Shown here: in pieces, positions 63,301 to 64,000 of the stretch | Layout of the letters: each line of letters starts with the position of its first letter | How positions within the stretch are numbered: the first letter of the stretch is position 1 | From: Phoronis australis | Lineage: Eukaryota > Animalia > Phoronida | Assembly (NCBI GenBank): GCA_002633005.1 | Contig: NMRA01001037.1 | Coordinates: 1,653-65,652 of the forward strand | Length of the DNA stretch: 64,000 nucleotides | Direction: 5' to 3' | Notes under the pieces: generated by a model | What the model was told of the DNA's origin: nothing | What the model saw: the letters and a program-made list of their open reading frames with translations, nothing else | Databases searched by the model: none | Program-made: the position numbers and the translations under genes

Positions 63301-64000
63301 GCCTGACGAATGCCAGCTTATCAAATAACTCTATACGTTCCGTTGTCTGAGCTTGTTCACGGCACCTCTCTGGTATTTCTTCATCACTGTATTCCTGTTC
63401 GAATTGATAGCCTGTAAAACTTAACGATCCACCTACGAAGTCGGGACTGATGAGCTCTAGCTCGTCCTAAGTCGGGACTGCGAATGAGTTGCCATGTTGA
63501 CCTTTATTACTGAGCGTACTGTTTCAAAATGAATTATTCTCACCCTAACCAATACAGAATTTGTTAAATGCACGACAGTTTTCATTGTTCACGATCTTTA
63601 TTCCGTTGCGTTCATACTTTCATACCAATACTCATGAGTGCAAATGATTTGAGAAGCCAGCAATGAATAAATCACTGCGTACGGCTTTAGGTGCCGCAAT
63701 AAAACTCATTGACGGGACACCGAGGCCGTGTGAGCTCATGCTAATTGAGTGTTTGCTGGCAGAAACTGTTGTAAAACAACTTGATTTCCATCCCACGGCC
63801 CGGTGTTAAGGGAATCTTTATTTACATTTACATTACTCAAATAATGATTGTCAATGTACAACTTCTGCCCTGACGGTGCTGTGGCCAAAGCGGAACGAGT
63901 AAGTAGATTTGCAGTTTCGTGGCTAATTCACCAAAATAATCAGGTGCACATTACTTTGGCTCACTAGTTTAGTATTTTCTTGACTAGAAGTTTAGTTTCC

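Noticed and set aside
63428-63485. AAGTCGGGACTG repeated around CTGATGAGCTCTAGCTC
   Set aside because: No GAAA core, so not a hammerhead; two 12-bp repeats are too few for an array.

Overview
Eukaryotic, intron-containing, repeat-rich animal DNA, probably a marine invertebrate (inference), from a draft assembly with N gaps. Host genes, all on the minus strand: (1) a tandem cluster of three paralogous 4-exon MFS transporter genes resembling MFSD4/NaGLT1 (copy C 25028-32433 and copy B 9720-20831 complete; copy A has exons 1-2 at 3288-5273 and runs off the left edge); (2) a complete 6-exon methylmalonyl-CoA epimerase gene (MCEE, 35952-45808, 175 aa), reconstructed by hand because the ORF track misses it. 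A decayed RING/B-box/B-box/coiled-coil (TRIM) pseudogene lies between them on the plus strand. Mobile DNA: two decayed Ty3/Gypsy elements antisense inside introns, a third Gypsy RT fragment, two MITE families with 5-bp target duplications, a TIR element with a THAP domain and a HIRAN-like fragment, a TTAA-flanked element, and a Penelope-like 5' fragment preceded by a degenerate hammerhead motif. The right end holds a ~1.85-kb diverged palindrome with a double-hairpin centre and a ~1.45/1.49-kb ABAB tandem array that ends at a second THAP remnant. Two tandem duplications joined by a single N look like uncollapsed haplotypes. I found no intact novel multi-gene system; the palindrome, the higher-order array and the hammerhead/Penelope remnant are the best leads. 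All homology calls come from motif recognition by eye, not database searches.
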